Positions 11,509-22,215 of a stretch of DNA of 64,000 bases are shown piece by piece. Made by a program: the position numbers and the translations under genes. The notes below the pieces were generated by a model. It ran no database searches. It saw nothing but the letters and a program-made list of their open reading frames with translations, and was not told the DNA's origin. The stretch is from an uncultured bacterium (lineage in GTDB: Bacteria > B130-G9). Location of the stretch: the NCBI GenBank assembly GCA_965372715.1, contig CBDVDH010000012.1, forward strand, positions 1 through 64,000, read 5' to 3'. Numbering within the stretch: position 1 is the stretch's first letter; each line of letters opens with the position of its first letter.

Positions 11509-12099
11509 TCACTGCAAGACCTTCTCAACAAGCTTCAAGACGAAATTGCGTGAGAGCTTGTATGAATAACGATAGTCGTTAATGTAACGATCGACCGTCG
11601 ATCCAGGAGCTCCAGGATGACGCATTAGATTACGGCTCTTTCGGCTTTGAGCTATCTGTCGCCCAAAGCCCCACTTATACGCATACCAGTCGGCACATAG
11701 TTCTGAAGTCCACTCATCCGAAGGATGCTCGCCTCTTCTGTCCAGGTCTTCTACCCGTGTGCAGGCGTGGCCGAGCTCATGGGCTATCGTTGCAACATGC
11801 CGATCTTCAGCAAGGCGTTTGGCAAGGCCCACATCTCCTGGTGGGTTATCGAACCAAGCAGCATAGGCGGCGCGGTCTGTGTAAAGCAGATCTTCAGGAG
11901 GCGTCGGTATCGAGCACCATTCGCCGCTCGTCTTTCCATCATCCTCCCTCTCAGACAACCACCTGAAGCGCTTAACGAGCCGCTGTATGCGCTCAAAGTC
12001 TTTCGGACAACGGACCTTGATCTGGTCAAGCACTCGCCTGATGTTCCTGCGCAGCGGGCGGCTGCCGATCTCGACAGGTATGCCGTGTATTCGGCTCAT
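11509..12099 (-). CDS. HExxH metallopeptidase-like protein (ImmA/IrrE-like motif pattern)
   Basis: TIAHELGH...SELCADWYA; likely start is MSRIHG at 12099, just after the upstream gene's stop. Confidence 0.6.
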   Translation of the reverse strand: MSRIHGIPVEIGSRPLRRNIRRVLDQIKVRCPKDFERIQRLVKRFRWLSEREDDGKTSGEWCSIPTPPEDLLYTDRAAYAAWFDNPPGDVGLAKRLAEDRHVATIAHELGHACTRVEDLDRRGEHPSDEWTSELCADWYAYKWGFGRQIAQSRKSRNLMRHPGAPGSTVDRYINDYRYSYKLSRNFVLKLVEKVLQ

Positions 12100-12100
12100 C

Positions 12101-12532
12101 CTACTCACTGCCAGGCCCCGTGATACGGCTTGCTGCGAACGCGAGAATGTCCTCTCGCGCATATTGACGATTGGCGTTAGGCCGAACCTGCAGCGATCGG
12201 ATCGTGCCGGCCTTTGCCAGCGTGGTCAACTTGGAGTTGCCAATGCCCAGAATGGCCGCAGCCTCTTTGGTGGTCAATCGCCCTTTGCTCAAATACTGGG
12301 CAATCTGTGGCGCAACATGTGGCGCGCCTTCCAATGTCTGCATCGAGTCTATATGCCCCTCTAACGCCTCTCTAATGGCCTTGTGGACTACCACCTCAAT
12401 CTCGGCAAGCGACGGATATGCCGGCGCCTCAAGGGCCTCCAAATGTGGCGCTGCATGTGTGGCGCAACGTGGCGCAACCACTCCCTGGCTATCGCGGAAC
12501 TTGTGAACTTCTGTGATCTTCTGTGATATCAC
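12101..12532 (-). CDS. Excisionase/MerR-type HTH DNA-binding protein
   Basis: C-terminal LTTKEAAAILGIGNSKLTTLAKAGTIRS...RQYAREDI; start uncertain. Confidence 0.6.
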   Translation of the reverse strand: MISQKITEVHKFRDSQGVVAPRCATHAAPHLEALEAPAYPSLAEIEVVVHKAIREALEGHIDSMQTLEGAPHVAPQIAQYLSKGRLTTKEAAAILGIGNSKLTTLAKAGTIRSLQVRPNANRQYAREDILAFAASRITGPGSE

Positions 12533-12553
12533 AAGCGCAACAGTTGCGCCACA
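12306..12553. repeat. Cluster of (T)GTGGCGC(AAC) repeats, five direct and one inverted
   Basis: Copies at about 12306, 12318, 12444, 12458, 12469 and inverted gttgcgccaca at 12543. Confidence 0.7.
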
Positions 12554-13513
12554 CCGCGCAACACGAAATCACACCTCCAACTGTACCTCCAACTTCATCT
12601 TCAACTACAACTACAAATCAAGGTACTTCCCCTATTACCCCTCCTTCCCAAAAACCGAAGCGGCGCAAAAACGGCCCAACCAAGATGTAAACATCTGTAA
12701 ACACTCCCCGAATTGGGGAGTCCATGTTGCCCTGCGAGGCGCCGATCGACGCGGTGTTTTTTGAGAGCAAAAAATCTCACCACCAAAAATCTCTCATACA
12801 AAAGAGCACCCCTACTCCTCATATACACCATCTTTGAAATCTGAACCCGCCTTCTCTATCACGGCAAGGACAAGGATGACTGAGCAGCGGCGCCACAATG
12901 CCATTCTAGCTCCCGGGAGCAACGCTACACAATGCTTGGGGACACTCTGCTCTCGAAGTAGTGTTAGGACACCACTAGCCATCTCAGAAGCTCCCGGGAC
13001 AACAGAATTCACTGGCAAGGGCGAGATAAGGATGAAGGGATGATATGCGAACAGCATACGCTGTTGGGCCCGCATGGAGCGCTGAGTGTCCTATTGTGGC
13101 CAGTCCCTACAAGGGATAGTAGGGCTTCCTGGCAGCACTGAGGCCCTCAAGGTAAGGATGAAGGGAACAGCGTCAGCGCCGTGAGCTTCTGTGAAATCTG
13201 TTAAATTAGTGTCCTTAACATCTTTTAACACATCTCTCTTTGCTGCGCGACGGCGGCGCATATCCTCAAGGATGAAGGGGAACAGCACGCAGTTCCCTTG
13301 CATAGTAGCGCTGCGAGTGCAATGTCCGTCAGTCCCTGAGCGGGATGACTGGGCATCGAGTAGAGCCGTATGCCCATTGATGAGATGCAGCGTCATGTCG
13401 AGACGCTTGTCGCACTTTCCGTGCTCGGCGGACTGCGTCGCAAAGACGCATAAGAGCGCAAGCGTGGCGTGAGAGATGGATCGTGAAGGCTCACAAGGAA
13501 GTAAGAGTGGATT

Positions 13514-13618
13514 GCCGCGTTCCGATAATGCGATTATCGTAAGCGGCGCATAGATGTGGTGCAGCAGCCCACAATCAAGGCGCAGGGATGGACGTTACAT
13601 AATCTCGAGATTATGCAA
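13514..13618. promoter_or_regulatory. Pair of palindromic recombinase/regulator-type sites
   Basis: gccgcgttccgataat-gcg-attatcgtaagcggc (13514-13547) and the perfect 18-bp cataatctcgagattatg (13598-13615). Confidence 0.5.
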
Positions 13619-14517
13619 AGTGCATCCCCGCTACAGTCCCGCCCAAAGCGTGACTCCTATGGATGGCATGGTAACGCCGAGCCACGCTCCTGTGTATGCA
13701 TATCTTTGTTCAGGCGATTCATATAACCACCGACACACGCCTGACCAAATAACAGCATCCCCATCCACTTAGGCCGTCTTATCCCATGCTGTATTCATAA
13801 GATGCCCTCCCTCCAACCCATTCCAAGGCCGATGTCAGAACATGACTGCCAGAGACGGACGAGACACAAGGCCTCGCTCATGGTTTTTCTCACCACAGGG
13901 GCGGACTTGCGTCCGTTCGCCAGCGAATGAGAAAAATCCGTCTCAGTCAATCATGTTCCAACATGCGAAGTGCATTAGAACCTCCCTAGGGAACCTCAAG
14001 CGCCGGTTCCCCAGACCCCTTTCAGCGCTCCAGAAAAGAAAAGCTGGGGGAAGACAGAGAACTTCTCCCCCCAAACCCCTCTCACACCTTTCAGACAACA
14101 TTAAGCTCGTAACCTTCGACACACTAAAAGAGTGGTCTTGGCATCTACATGAGCCACCAATATGAGGCGGGCACAGGTCGAGTGCCCTGACGTGCCTCTT
14201 AGCCAGCACGAGCCACTCGAAGGATGAAAATCACTACATGATTTTCTAGTGAGCCTGCTATGGAACCTGCCAGGGAACCTCTACTCTCGTCAACCCACAA
14301 GGGGTCGCGACGTGAACTTGCGTCCTTCATTTGTTTTCTCAAGGGTTCCCACCCCAGAAAACAACACTCAGGATGACCCGAGCGAGAACCCCTGCCTCCT
14401 ACTTATGAGCAGGCTCACCCGAAAAAATCGATGTTGAAAAGTTCATTAGATGACGTGTCGTCGAGGCCGATGGCTACGACGACAGCCACAACCACAACTC
14501 ACGAAGGGAGACACCTT

Positions 14518-14838
14518 ATGGCACACGAAACCGCGAGAAACCTCACGCAGATAGAGCTTCTTGAGCCTCTGCCCGACGGCGGCTTAATCATTCGCTCTGA
14601 ATCAGGCGACGAGATATTCATCGCCAGCGACTTCGACTTCCCCGGCATCGCGACGACATTTGGTTGGCCAGGTTGCCCTTGTGGCAGCAGAGGCACCGAC
14701 GGAACAATTGACTGCCCCGATTGCGGACGAACAGCATCCACACTACTCCGCCGAGCCGCCCGTTGGATTGACGACAATTGGGGACTCATAGTCGAGGACC
14801 CTGGGTACTTCACAGACAAGGAGGAGGCTTACTTATGA
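14518..14838 (+). CDS. Small Cys-containing hypothetical protein (mobile-element type)
   Basis: GGGAG RBS before ATG 14518; CPCG...DCPDCG motif. Confidence 0.55.
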   Translation: MAHETARNLTQIELLEPLPDGGLIIRSESGDEIFIASDFDFPGIATTFGWPGCPCGSRGTDGTIDCPDCGRTASTLLRRAARWIDDNWGLIVEDPGYFTDKEEAYL

Positions 14839-15033
14839 CGAGAGCATTGGTTCTCAGACCATCACCACCAACCCCGAGGCCAGAGCCCTATGAGCTCATC
14901 CAACAGCCGAGGCCGGAACGCAAATGCTTTGGATGCCAAGGCTGAACGCCAGGAAGTGCCTACGGTGCAGAGACTTCGACCTTTGCTTTCACAAACACCT
15001 TGCAACCACAAAACAAAGGAGGATCAACCTGCT

Positions 15034-15348
15034 ATGAACGACAAGGTCAAGACAGCACTCAACGAGATAGTCGAGCTGTTCAGCTCAGGCGACATTGGCG
15101 ACAAGATAGCTATCGCCACGTTCCCGCCCTACGACGTGCCGTGCTCGAAGTGGAGTCCTGTAAATCAACTGCTGTGCCTTATGCGCGGCCCACTGGATGT
15201 TCGTGGCATCAGACAATGGAACAAGGGTGGACACCGAGTAATCAAGCGCTGTCAGCCCATTCGCATCTTACTGCCATGTCTCAAGAAGGAGATCGAGAAG
15301 GTGACCGGCGAGGAGGTCGTGGTCCTCGTTGGCTTCAAGACCTCTCCC
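15034..15348 (+). pseudogene. ArdC-like anti-restriction/ssDNA-binding protein, N-terminal fragment
   Basis: AGGAGG RBS; KWSPVNQLL...RGIRQWNKGGHRV...IRILLP pattern; similarity stops abruptly at about 15348. Confidence 0.6.
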
Positions 15349-15500
15349 AGGAGAGCTGGGGTCGCTGAGTTTCGACTCCTTGGCTTATGACATTGCTTTG
15401 CGAGCAAGCCGGCTGGGCTGGGGATTGACCTAGTTTCAATCACGAAACTGCTTGGTCATACTTCACTACGAATGAATATGCGCTACAACCACCTAAGCAC
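15349..15500 (+). pseudogene. Tyrosine integrase C-terminal (box II) remnant
   Basis: Reading through TGA 15388 gives RRAGVAEFRLLGL*HCFASKPAGLGIDLVSITKLLGHTSLRMNMRYNHLS, a decayed HxLRH...LLGH...RY. Confidence 0.8.
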
Positions 15501-16036
15501 CAGGAACTCAGAGATGCCGTCGATCGCCTTCCACAGTTATTGCCTCAAGATGCTGCTGCGGAGAGGGACAGGGGACAAAAAACACGCCCACACCCGAGTT
15601 ACGATTGTCGGCATCAAAGAGCTTTGCTACAGTACCCTGATCGTAATGCATTCCACCGGACAGTCTCAGTGCAAAGCTCAAACTTCAGCGTCGATGCTCT
15701 CCGAGAGAGTTCTCGGGACTCCTTTGAGAATGCAGAATGCTTGGGGCAACTACGCGCTTCGATTGGAGGTTATGTCTGCCGTTGACGCCGCCCGGAGGCT
15801 GTTCGCACCAGATCGATTCAACGGGGCCCTCGTGCGTGAACGGTGCGTCAGCCAAGAGCCTATGGCTGTTTGTCTTAGCCAACCAGGCTCTAGAAACTGC
15901 GGGTGTTTTTGGGTGCCTCTTCCGGAGTGCCAGGCTGCAAGGAGATGCAGCCTGGAAGTGATTAAAGGGGCGGGGGAGACTACAATCAAGCACAAAGAAT
16001 CTATTGCTCACAAATGACGTTCCATGAGGTTCCTGT

Positions 16037-17458
16037 GTGATGCTAGAAAGACCCCTGGGGCCATTTCTTCTTATAGACGATGATATCTATCTTCTTCAGA
16101 AGCTCAAAGAGACCCTTGAAGTGATGGGTTATGGGGTGGACCCAGCCCAATCACCCAAAGAAGCACTGGAACTGCTGACGGCCAAAAACTACACGTTGGT
16201 CATAACTGACCTGGCGATGCCAGGAACTGAAGGCCTCTCGATTTACGAGGCGATACGAAAGGTTGACCCAGTTGTCCCCGTGATCATCATAACCGGATAC
16301 GGTTCCCCTGACCAGGCGGCCTTGGCGATGAAGATGGGGTGCACTGACTATTTGCGTAAGCCGATTGATCCTGACGAGTTGGTTTTCCGCATTGAGAAGG
16401 CGCGTCATCAGTCAATGATGCAAGCGGAGGTAGTGTCGCTCCGTGCACAGCTCAAGCGGTCCGTGACAGAGCAAACCATAGTCGGCGCCTCTGCTGCAAT
16501 GCGGCTGGTCATGGACAAGATCGCGATGGTTGCAGATTCAGACGTTACCGTTCTGATCAGGGGGGAGACCGGAACGGGGAAGGAACTCGTGGCAAAGGCC
16601 ATACACAACAGCGGTCCCCGAGCCAAGCACCCCTTCGTTACAGTGGCCTGCGCAGCAATCCCACAAGCACTTCTCGAGGGGCAACTGTTCGGTCACAAGA
16701 AAGGCGCCTACACGGGGGCGGATAGGGATCAGGAGGGCCTGATAGAGTCGGCAGAACGCGGCACGCTGTTTCTGGATGAGATTGGTGAGGTCGATGCGAC
16801 ATCACAGGTGAAGCTGCTGAGATTCCTGGAGTCAGGGGAAGTCAGACCATTGGGCAGCACGAGGATGCACATCTTAAGTGTTCGCGTGGTCGCTGCGAGC
16901 AATCTTGATATGGAGCAGGCCATCGAGAAAAACCTGTTCAGAGAGGACTTGTTTTACAGGCTTGACGTATTTCCCATTGTTGTGCCGCCCCTGCGCGAGC
17001 GCAAGGAAGACATTCCGCTGCTTGTGAGACATTTTGCCGAACTTCACTGGCCACACCTCTGCAAAGAACACAAGATCTTCTCACCTGAAGCTATTAGGAG
17101 GCTGTTTCATTATGACTGGCCCGGAAATGTCCGGGAGCTTGAGAATAAGGTTCGTCAGGCAATCCTCCTGACGCGCGGCAACGTAGTAGGACCTTCAGTT
17201 GTTGACCTTCCAGTCCGAAGAAGCTCAGGATCGAGGGGAAAATTCGCAGAGGTGAAAAAGGAAGCGATTGACAGGGCTGAAGAGCAATTCGTTCAGGAAA
17301 TGCTCGATAGGGCCCACGGAGCTATCACGTTGGCGGCGAAACTTGCGGGATTGCACCGGAAGAACTTCTCGATTCTCATGAGAAAGCACGGAATACAAGC
17401 GGAAGAATTCCGTAGGCGAAAGGCGCGGGGAGACGGTGATTCAGGGCTTAACTCATGA
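16037..17458 (+). CDS. Sigma54-dependent response regulator (REC-AAA+-Fis HTH, NtrC family)
   Basis: IDDD/ITDLAMP receiver, GETGTGKE, GAYTGA, LFLDEIG, FREDLFYRL, WPGNVREL, C-terminal HTH. Confidence 0.95.
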   Translation: MMLERPLGPFLLIDDDIYLLQKLKETLEVMGYGVDPAQSPKEALELLTAKNYTLVITDLAMPGTEGLSIYEAIRKVDPVVPVIIITGYGSPDQAALAMKMGCTDYLRKPIDPDELVFRIEKARHQSMMQAEVVSLRAQLKRSVTEQTIVGASAAMRLVMDKIAMVADSDVTVLIRGETGTGKELVAKAIHNSGPRAKHPFVTVACAAIPQALLEGQLFGHKKGAYTGADRDQEGLIESAERGTLFLDEIGEVDATSQVKLLRFLESGEVRPLGSTRMHILSVRVVAASNLDMEQAIEKNLFREDLFYRLDVFPIVVPPLRERKEDIPLLVRHFAELHWPHLCKEHKIFSPEAIRRLFHYDWPGNVRELENKVRQAILLTRGNVVGPSVVDLPVRRSSGSRGKFAEVKKEAIDRAEEQFVQEMLDRAHGAITLAAKLAGLHRKNFSILMRKHGIQAEEFRRRKARGDGDSGLNS

Positions 17459-20400
17459 GCATCTGGGAAGGCTTCGCTCGAAAATCATTCGACAACAGAT
17501 ATGAGTTCCTTGGCTTTCTAGGCCAGGGCTCATGGAGCGAGGTTGTGCGCGCCTTCGATAGGGTCCGTTCAAGTGAAGTTGCTGTAAAACTCCTTAAGGA
17601 TCGGGCCGGTCACGATGTTCTAGCCGACCGCTTTTTCCGTACCGAGTTCAGGGCAATGGCCAACATTGACCATCCAAACGTGGTCCGCGTTCTGGATTTT
17701 GGGCAAAGCCCTGAACGGATTCGATATTACACAATGGAGATTGTGCCTGGCAAGGTGCTCTCAGAATTCGCTGGCAAGCTTCGAGGAAAGCGGTTTGAAG
17801 ATGTATTCGAGGGTCTGTGCCATGCACTGTGGGCGGTTCACGTGAAGGGATGTTTGCATTGCGATGTCAAACCTGATAACGTCATGCTAGTCTTAAAGCG
17901 GGGCAAGTATAAGCCTGTTTTGATGGATTTTGGCCTCAATATCGATCTCTCAGCCAGTTCTAATGCCCTCCCGCGCGGGACGCCCCTGTATGCGGCTCCA
18001 GAGATGCTAGCAGGACGGGAGGTTGACGCGAGAGCTGACATCTATTCGCTGGGGATGACACTGCTGGCGGTGTTAACGGGCAAGCTCCCATTTAAGGGCT
18101 TGAACTTCTCTGGTGTCCTGTCAGCAAAGGGCTCAAGCGACACGATAAGGGAATCCCTAGCAAGCATCCCGAAGCGCTATAGGGATTGTATTGAGAGGAT
18201 GACTGCCCCCGACCCGCGGGACCGGTTCCCATCTTGCCTCGCCGTTCTTAACACAATGGCTGCGAAAGGCAATCGTGACCCCCACCTGCCCTCGCCCCCA
18301 TCCGTTCAACGCCATCTTCTTCGTCCCGATCTAATTGGAAGAGAGAAGCAGCTAAAAGCGATCACCCAAAGAATAGATGATCGTGAGAAGAGCAAAGGAG
18401 GATGCATACTAATACAAGGGCCAAGGAAGAGCGGGAAGACCCGCCTTCTTGAGGAGGTAAGATATCACGCCCAGCTTTCAGGCGCAAGGGTTGTCGCGAC
18501 GACTGACCACGCATGTTTTGCACGCGGCGCCTCGCTGTGTTCTACCCTCAGAAGTGCTATGAGCCCGAGAAACCGCGATGGAAAGAGCCAAAGCAGCCAC
18601 CAAACGGGTGTTCATGAGATCTTGGGGCTCGTCAGGCAGCGCCCCACCGTGCTTTTGATAGACGATATACACAAACTCGAGGCAAGCGACGCCAAGTTGT
18701 GGAGTTCCCTTGCTTACAGAGCAGCCAGGAACGGATATCTGATTGTCTCATCTATGTCCCTTAAGGAGTATCCCAAGGGCTCTGACACCGATCTCTTTCT
18801 TGACGCCTTGAGCAATGAGGAGGGCTTTGCGCGCCTCGAGCTCACCAGCTTCAAGCTAGAAGAGGTGTCTAAACTGTGTGAGTCAATGCTCGGCTCTGCT
18901 GATAATGTGGCAGAGGTGGCCGAGTTCTTGACGACCCGAACCGGCGGGAACGTCGGAGCCTGTGTAGAGCTGTTGAACGCACTCGCCGAAGATGGTCGTC
19001 TGAAGCACCGTCTGGGGCAATGGTCGGTGACCTCTGCTGGCGCAGGCCAAACAAGGAAGCGGAGGCGGCGTTCAGCACTCAGGCTTAGCAGCCTGCCAGC
19101 AGGGCTCCGGGCCGTTCTACTCGCCGCCGCTGTCAGCGGCCCCAGAGCACCCACCTCAATAGCGCAGCGGACTACTGGCCTCGCCCAGGGTGAATTTGCA
19201 CAGCAGATCCTCCAACTTGAAAGCATGAGCATACTAGCCTGGGAAACAGTCCGGAACCAGGCCTTTATCCGCTTTCTAGACCCTATCCTTCCGGTTCGTC
19301 TCCTTGACAAGGCCGATCACGATGTTGTCGCCCGACTGAGCAGCAAAGCTGCCGACGAACTGCTTTCGTGTCGGTCAAAGGGCCGACCATTTGATGCAGT
19401 TCGGTTGGTTGAACACCTTAGCAGGGCAGGGCGCCCGAGAGAAGCACTGGAGGTGGCGATCGCAGAAAGTGAGCGGCGGGAGTCCCAGGGGGAGTTTTCG
19501 CTCGGTATAGAGCTGTTGACGTATGCGTTGAGGATTTCTGAGGTCTTGCCAAGCCCGGATGTCTCGAGAGTGGCTAAACTTCACCTGTCAATTGCCAGGA
19601 TGACTAGGTCCCGGGGCGACCCGAATGCTGGTCTGGATCATTGTGAGAAGGGGCTTTCTCAGCTGGGAGGGGCAGGTCTTCGTGGCTCCGACACCAAGAT
19701 ATCGACAGCTACTCAATTGGAGAGGCAGGCGGGACTGTGCTGTGAGGACTTGAGCGAATATGATGCAGCGATCGACCATTATCGGCGAGCGTTGTCGTTG
19801 CTTGGCCCATTCTCCCACAATCCCGAGCACGTGAGGCTATGGATGGAGTTGCAGAACCTATTGGGCTGGACACAAATGCTGGCCCGTCGTTACGACGAGA
19901 GCGAGAAGACGACTAAGGAGCTGCTCAAGCACGTAAATACGGAGTCGTTTCCCGAACAGGCAATAGAAGCACTTAATATACTCGGATGGATCTGTTTTTA
20001 TCGAGGCAAGCCGCAGGAGGGCCTGAAGCACTTCAGACGAGCGCTTTCTGAAGCCCACAGAGATTCGCTGTCCGCAGATGCAGAGTTCCAAAGTGTTACG
20101 GGTGCTGCTGGAGCCTCGTGGCTTCTGGGACAATGGACCGATGCGGTCTCCTATTATCAACGGGCTTTGGAACTTGCGGAGCGCAATCGGAATCCAGCTC
20201 TTAAGAGCAAGGCAATAGGTAACCTTGCGGTGGCCGAATACCAGCTCGGGAAGCTTCGTCTAGCAGAAAGACACTTCAGGGAGTTTCTTGCCCTGGCCAT
20301 TGAGGGCGGGCTAATAGAAACCTATGTCATCGCTCTCGGCAATCTTGGTGCATTGCTGAGGGACCAGGGCAAGAATGAGCAAGCCCAGGAGCTGCTGCAG

Positions 20401-22215
20401 AAGGCGCGGCGAATTGCTCGCACAAGGCATTATGACCGCCACGAGCTTGTGATCGAGGGGAACATAGGGGAACTACTTCTGAATAAGGGAGAATACAAAC
20501 GCTCCGAATCGCTCTTACGAGAAGTGCTTCAGCGTGCGCGTAGAGGCGGCTACGCCGACCTCGTTCCGGAAGCGTACCGGAGAATGGCAAGCGTGACGCT
20601 TAGGCAAGGGTCCTCGCGGCGCTTCAGCTACTACGCTCGAAAGTGCGAAGAATGCGCCCGCCTGATTGGCAAACAAGACGAGCTCTATTATCTCGAACGA
20701 CTGAAAGCGCAGTACTACATCCTTCGGAACCAATACCAAAAGGCAGAAGCGACATTCAGAAATGTCGCGTCCTCATTTGAGTCAAGCGGGGGATCGTTCG
20801 AGAGAGCACTCACGGAACTTCAATGGGCGGACCTGTGCTTGAGGCAAGGAAAGGTGACTCGGGCAGAGCAACTTCTATCAGGGCTCGAAAGCGCGTTCGA
20901 CGAGGCTGGGGCGACCAAACATCTGGATAGAGTGACAGCCCTGCGAGAAGAAATGTCTCAAAGAACGATGCGCTCTGACGAGATCGTCCATATCCTCGAG
21001 GCCTTTGAAAAGGTGCGAGCCTCCGATGATGCAGAGGCGGCGCTTCAATCGGTCGCCCAGACCATTGTCTTGACGACCGGGGCTGACCGAGGCCTGATCA
21101 TTGGACTCAATCGGCGCGGTATGATTCAGTTCGAGGCGTCGGCCAACTTCGCAGGCGCGCCGCAGCAGCATCTTAATGTTTCATCTAAGATTCTAAAGCA
21201 TGTGGCGAAGTCTCAAGAACTGCTTCAGATCGAGTCGGCGATCACAGACCCTCGCTTCTTGGACAGTTCGAGCATTCGTAGTCTTCAGCTCGGGTCAGTT
21301 ATCTGCGCACCGGTTTTTGTGGGTGATAGCCTGCACGGCGTCCTTTACATTGATAGCAGGAAACCCGGCCTGTTCCGTGAGCGGAGGCATCTCTCTCTTA
21401 TGCGGCTCGTTGCGCACCACGTTGGTCTATTCCTGGACAATCTGAGAATTCGCAATGAAAATGAACTCGTCGAGGAACTTATTGCCTGTCTGGCACACGA
21501 GATGAGGTCGCTTCTGAGCGGGGTCCTGTGCTCTCTGAAAATGATGACGATGCCTTCCAAACAGCCGTTGTCCTATCACGTTGGGTCTGCTAATGAGCAG
21601 GTCAAAAGGCTCTCACGACTTGCCGACGAGACTGTCGATCTCATAAGGTGCAAAAGCCGCTTCCGTAACCTCGGTTCAGAGAGAATCGATATGAATGCAC
21701 TAATTCGCCATACGGTTAAGGCCCTGGAGCTCATTGTGCGTGAGAGAGGTTTGTCTCTCGAGCTCGAACTCTGGGACGATCTGCCCGCCATAAAGGGACA
21801 ACCAGATGCATTGGAGCAAGTTCTCACCAACCTGATCACCAACGCCAGCAAGTACACGAGCTCAGGTGGCACGATTCGCATAAGATCTAGATTGAGATCC
21901 AGCGTGCGTGATCAGTCAACATCCGCCTCATCCTATCTATACCTGAGCCACGACAGAAACTGGAAGGGCTCATTCGCAACGATTACTATAATCGATGATG
22001 GTGAAGGGATGGATGAGGCCGAGTGTGATCGCGTCTTTAAAAAATACACAAGAGGTCGCAAGGTGGGAAGCGATAAACATATCAAAGGTTCCGGGCTGGG
22101 ACTCTACATCTGCCGTACAATTATCGAGCAACATGGCGGTCGCATCTGGGCCACGTCCCAAAAGGGCAAGGGAACCGACATAACATTCACCCTTCCAATT
22201 GCCTCCCCTCCTTAG
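17455..22215 (+). CDS. Hybrid Ser/Thr kinase - P-loop - TPR - GAF - histidine kinase
   Basis: LGQGSWSEV, VAVK, HCDVKPDN, DFG, APE; GPRKSGKT and LLIDD; TPR-like helices; GAF (ICAP..GVLYID); AHEMRS, QVLTNLITNA, DDGEG, GSGLGL. Confidence 0.9.
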   Translation: MSIWEGFARKSFDNRYEFLGFLGQGSWSEVVRAFDRVRSSEVAVKLLKDRAGHDVLADRFFRTEFRAMANIDHPNVVRVLDFGQSPERIRYYTMEIVPGKVLSEFAGKLRGKRFEDVFEGLCHALWAVHVKGCLHCDVKPDNVMLVLKRGKYKPVLMDFGLNIDLSASSNALPRGTPLYAAPEMLAGREVDARADIYSLGMTLLAVLTGKLPFKGLNFSGVLSAKGSSDTIRESLASIPKRYRDCIERMTAPDPRDRFPSCLAVLNTMAAKGNRDPHLPSPPSVQRHLLRPDLIGREKQLKAITQRIDDREKSKGGCILIQGPRKSGKTRLLEEVRYHAQLSGARVVATTDHACFARGASLCSTLRSAMSPRNRDGKSQSSHQTGVHEILGLVRQRPTVLLIDDIHKLEASDAKLWSSLAYRAARNGYLIVSSMSLKEYPKGSDTDLFLDALSNEEGFARLELTSFKLEEVSKLCESMLGSADNVAEVAEFLTTRTGGNVGACVELLNALAEDGRLKHRLGQWSVTSAGAGQTRKRRRRSALRLSSLPAGLRAVLLAAAVSGPRAPTSIAQRTTGLAQGEFAQQILQLESMSILAWETVRNQAFIRFLDPILPVRLLDKADHDVVARLSSKAADELLSCRSKGRPFDAVRLVEHLSRAGRPREALEVAIAESERRESQGEFSLGIELLTYALRISEVLPSPDVSRVAKLHLSIARMTRSRGDPNAGLDHCEKGLSQLGGAGLRGSDTKISTATQLERQAGLCCEDLSEYDAAIDHYRRALSLLGPFSHNPEHVRLWMELQNLLGWTQMLARRYDESEKTTKELLKHVNTESFPEQAIEALNILGWICFYRGKPQEGLKHFRRALSEAHRDSLSADAEFQSVTGAAGASWLLGQWTDAVSYYQRALELAERNRNPALKSKAIGNLAVAEYQLGKLRLAERHFREFLALAIEGGLIETYVIALGNLGALLRDQGKNEQAQELLQKARRIARTRHYDRHELVIEGNIGELLLNKGEYKRSESLLREVLQRARRGGYADLVPEAYRRMASVTLRQGSSRRFSYYARKCEECARLIGKQDELYYLERLKAQYYILRNQYQKAEATFRNVASSFESSGGSFERALTELQWADLCLRQGKVTRAEQLLSGLESAFDEAGATKHLDRVTALREEMSQRTMRSDEIVHILEAFEKVRASDDAEAALQSVAQTIVLTTGADRGLIIGLNRRGMIQFEASANFAGAPQQHLNVSSKILKHVAKSQELLQIESAITDPRFLDSSSIRSLQLGSVICAPVFVGDSLHGVLYIDSRKPGLFRERRHLSLMRLVAHHVGLFLDNLRIRNENELVEELIACLAHEMRSLLSGVLCSLKMMTMPSKQPLSYHVGSANEQVKRLSRLADETVDLIRCKSRFRNLGSERIDMNALIRHTVKALELIVRERGLSLELELWDDLPAIKGQPDALEQVLTNLITNASKYTSSGGTIRIRSRLRSSVRDQSTSASSYLYLSHDRNWKGSFATITIIDDGEGMDEAECDRVFKKYTRGRKVGSDKHIKGSGLGLYICRTIIEQHGGRIWATSQKGKGTDITFTLPIASPP

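Noticed and set aside
15388-15390. Selenocysteine or programmed read-through at TGA
   Set aside because: Better explained as a CGA to TGA change in the integrase LRH motif; surrounding residues are also decayed
15472-16017. 181-aa ORF as a real gene
   Set aside because: Its start is the tail of the integrase remnant and the rest has no recognisable features
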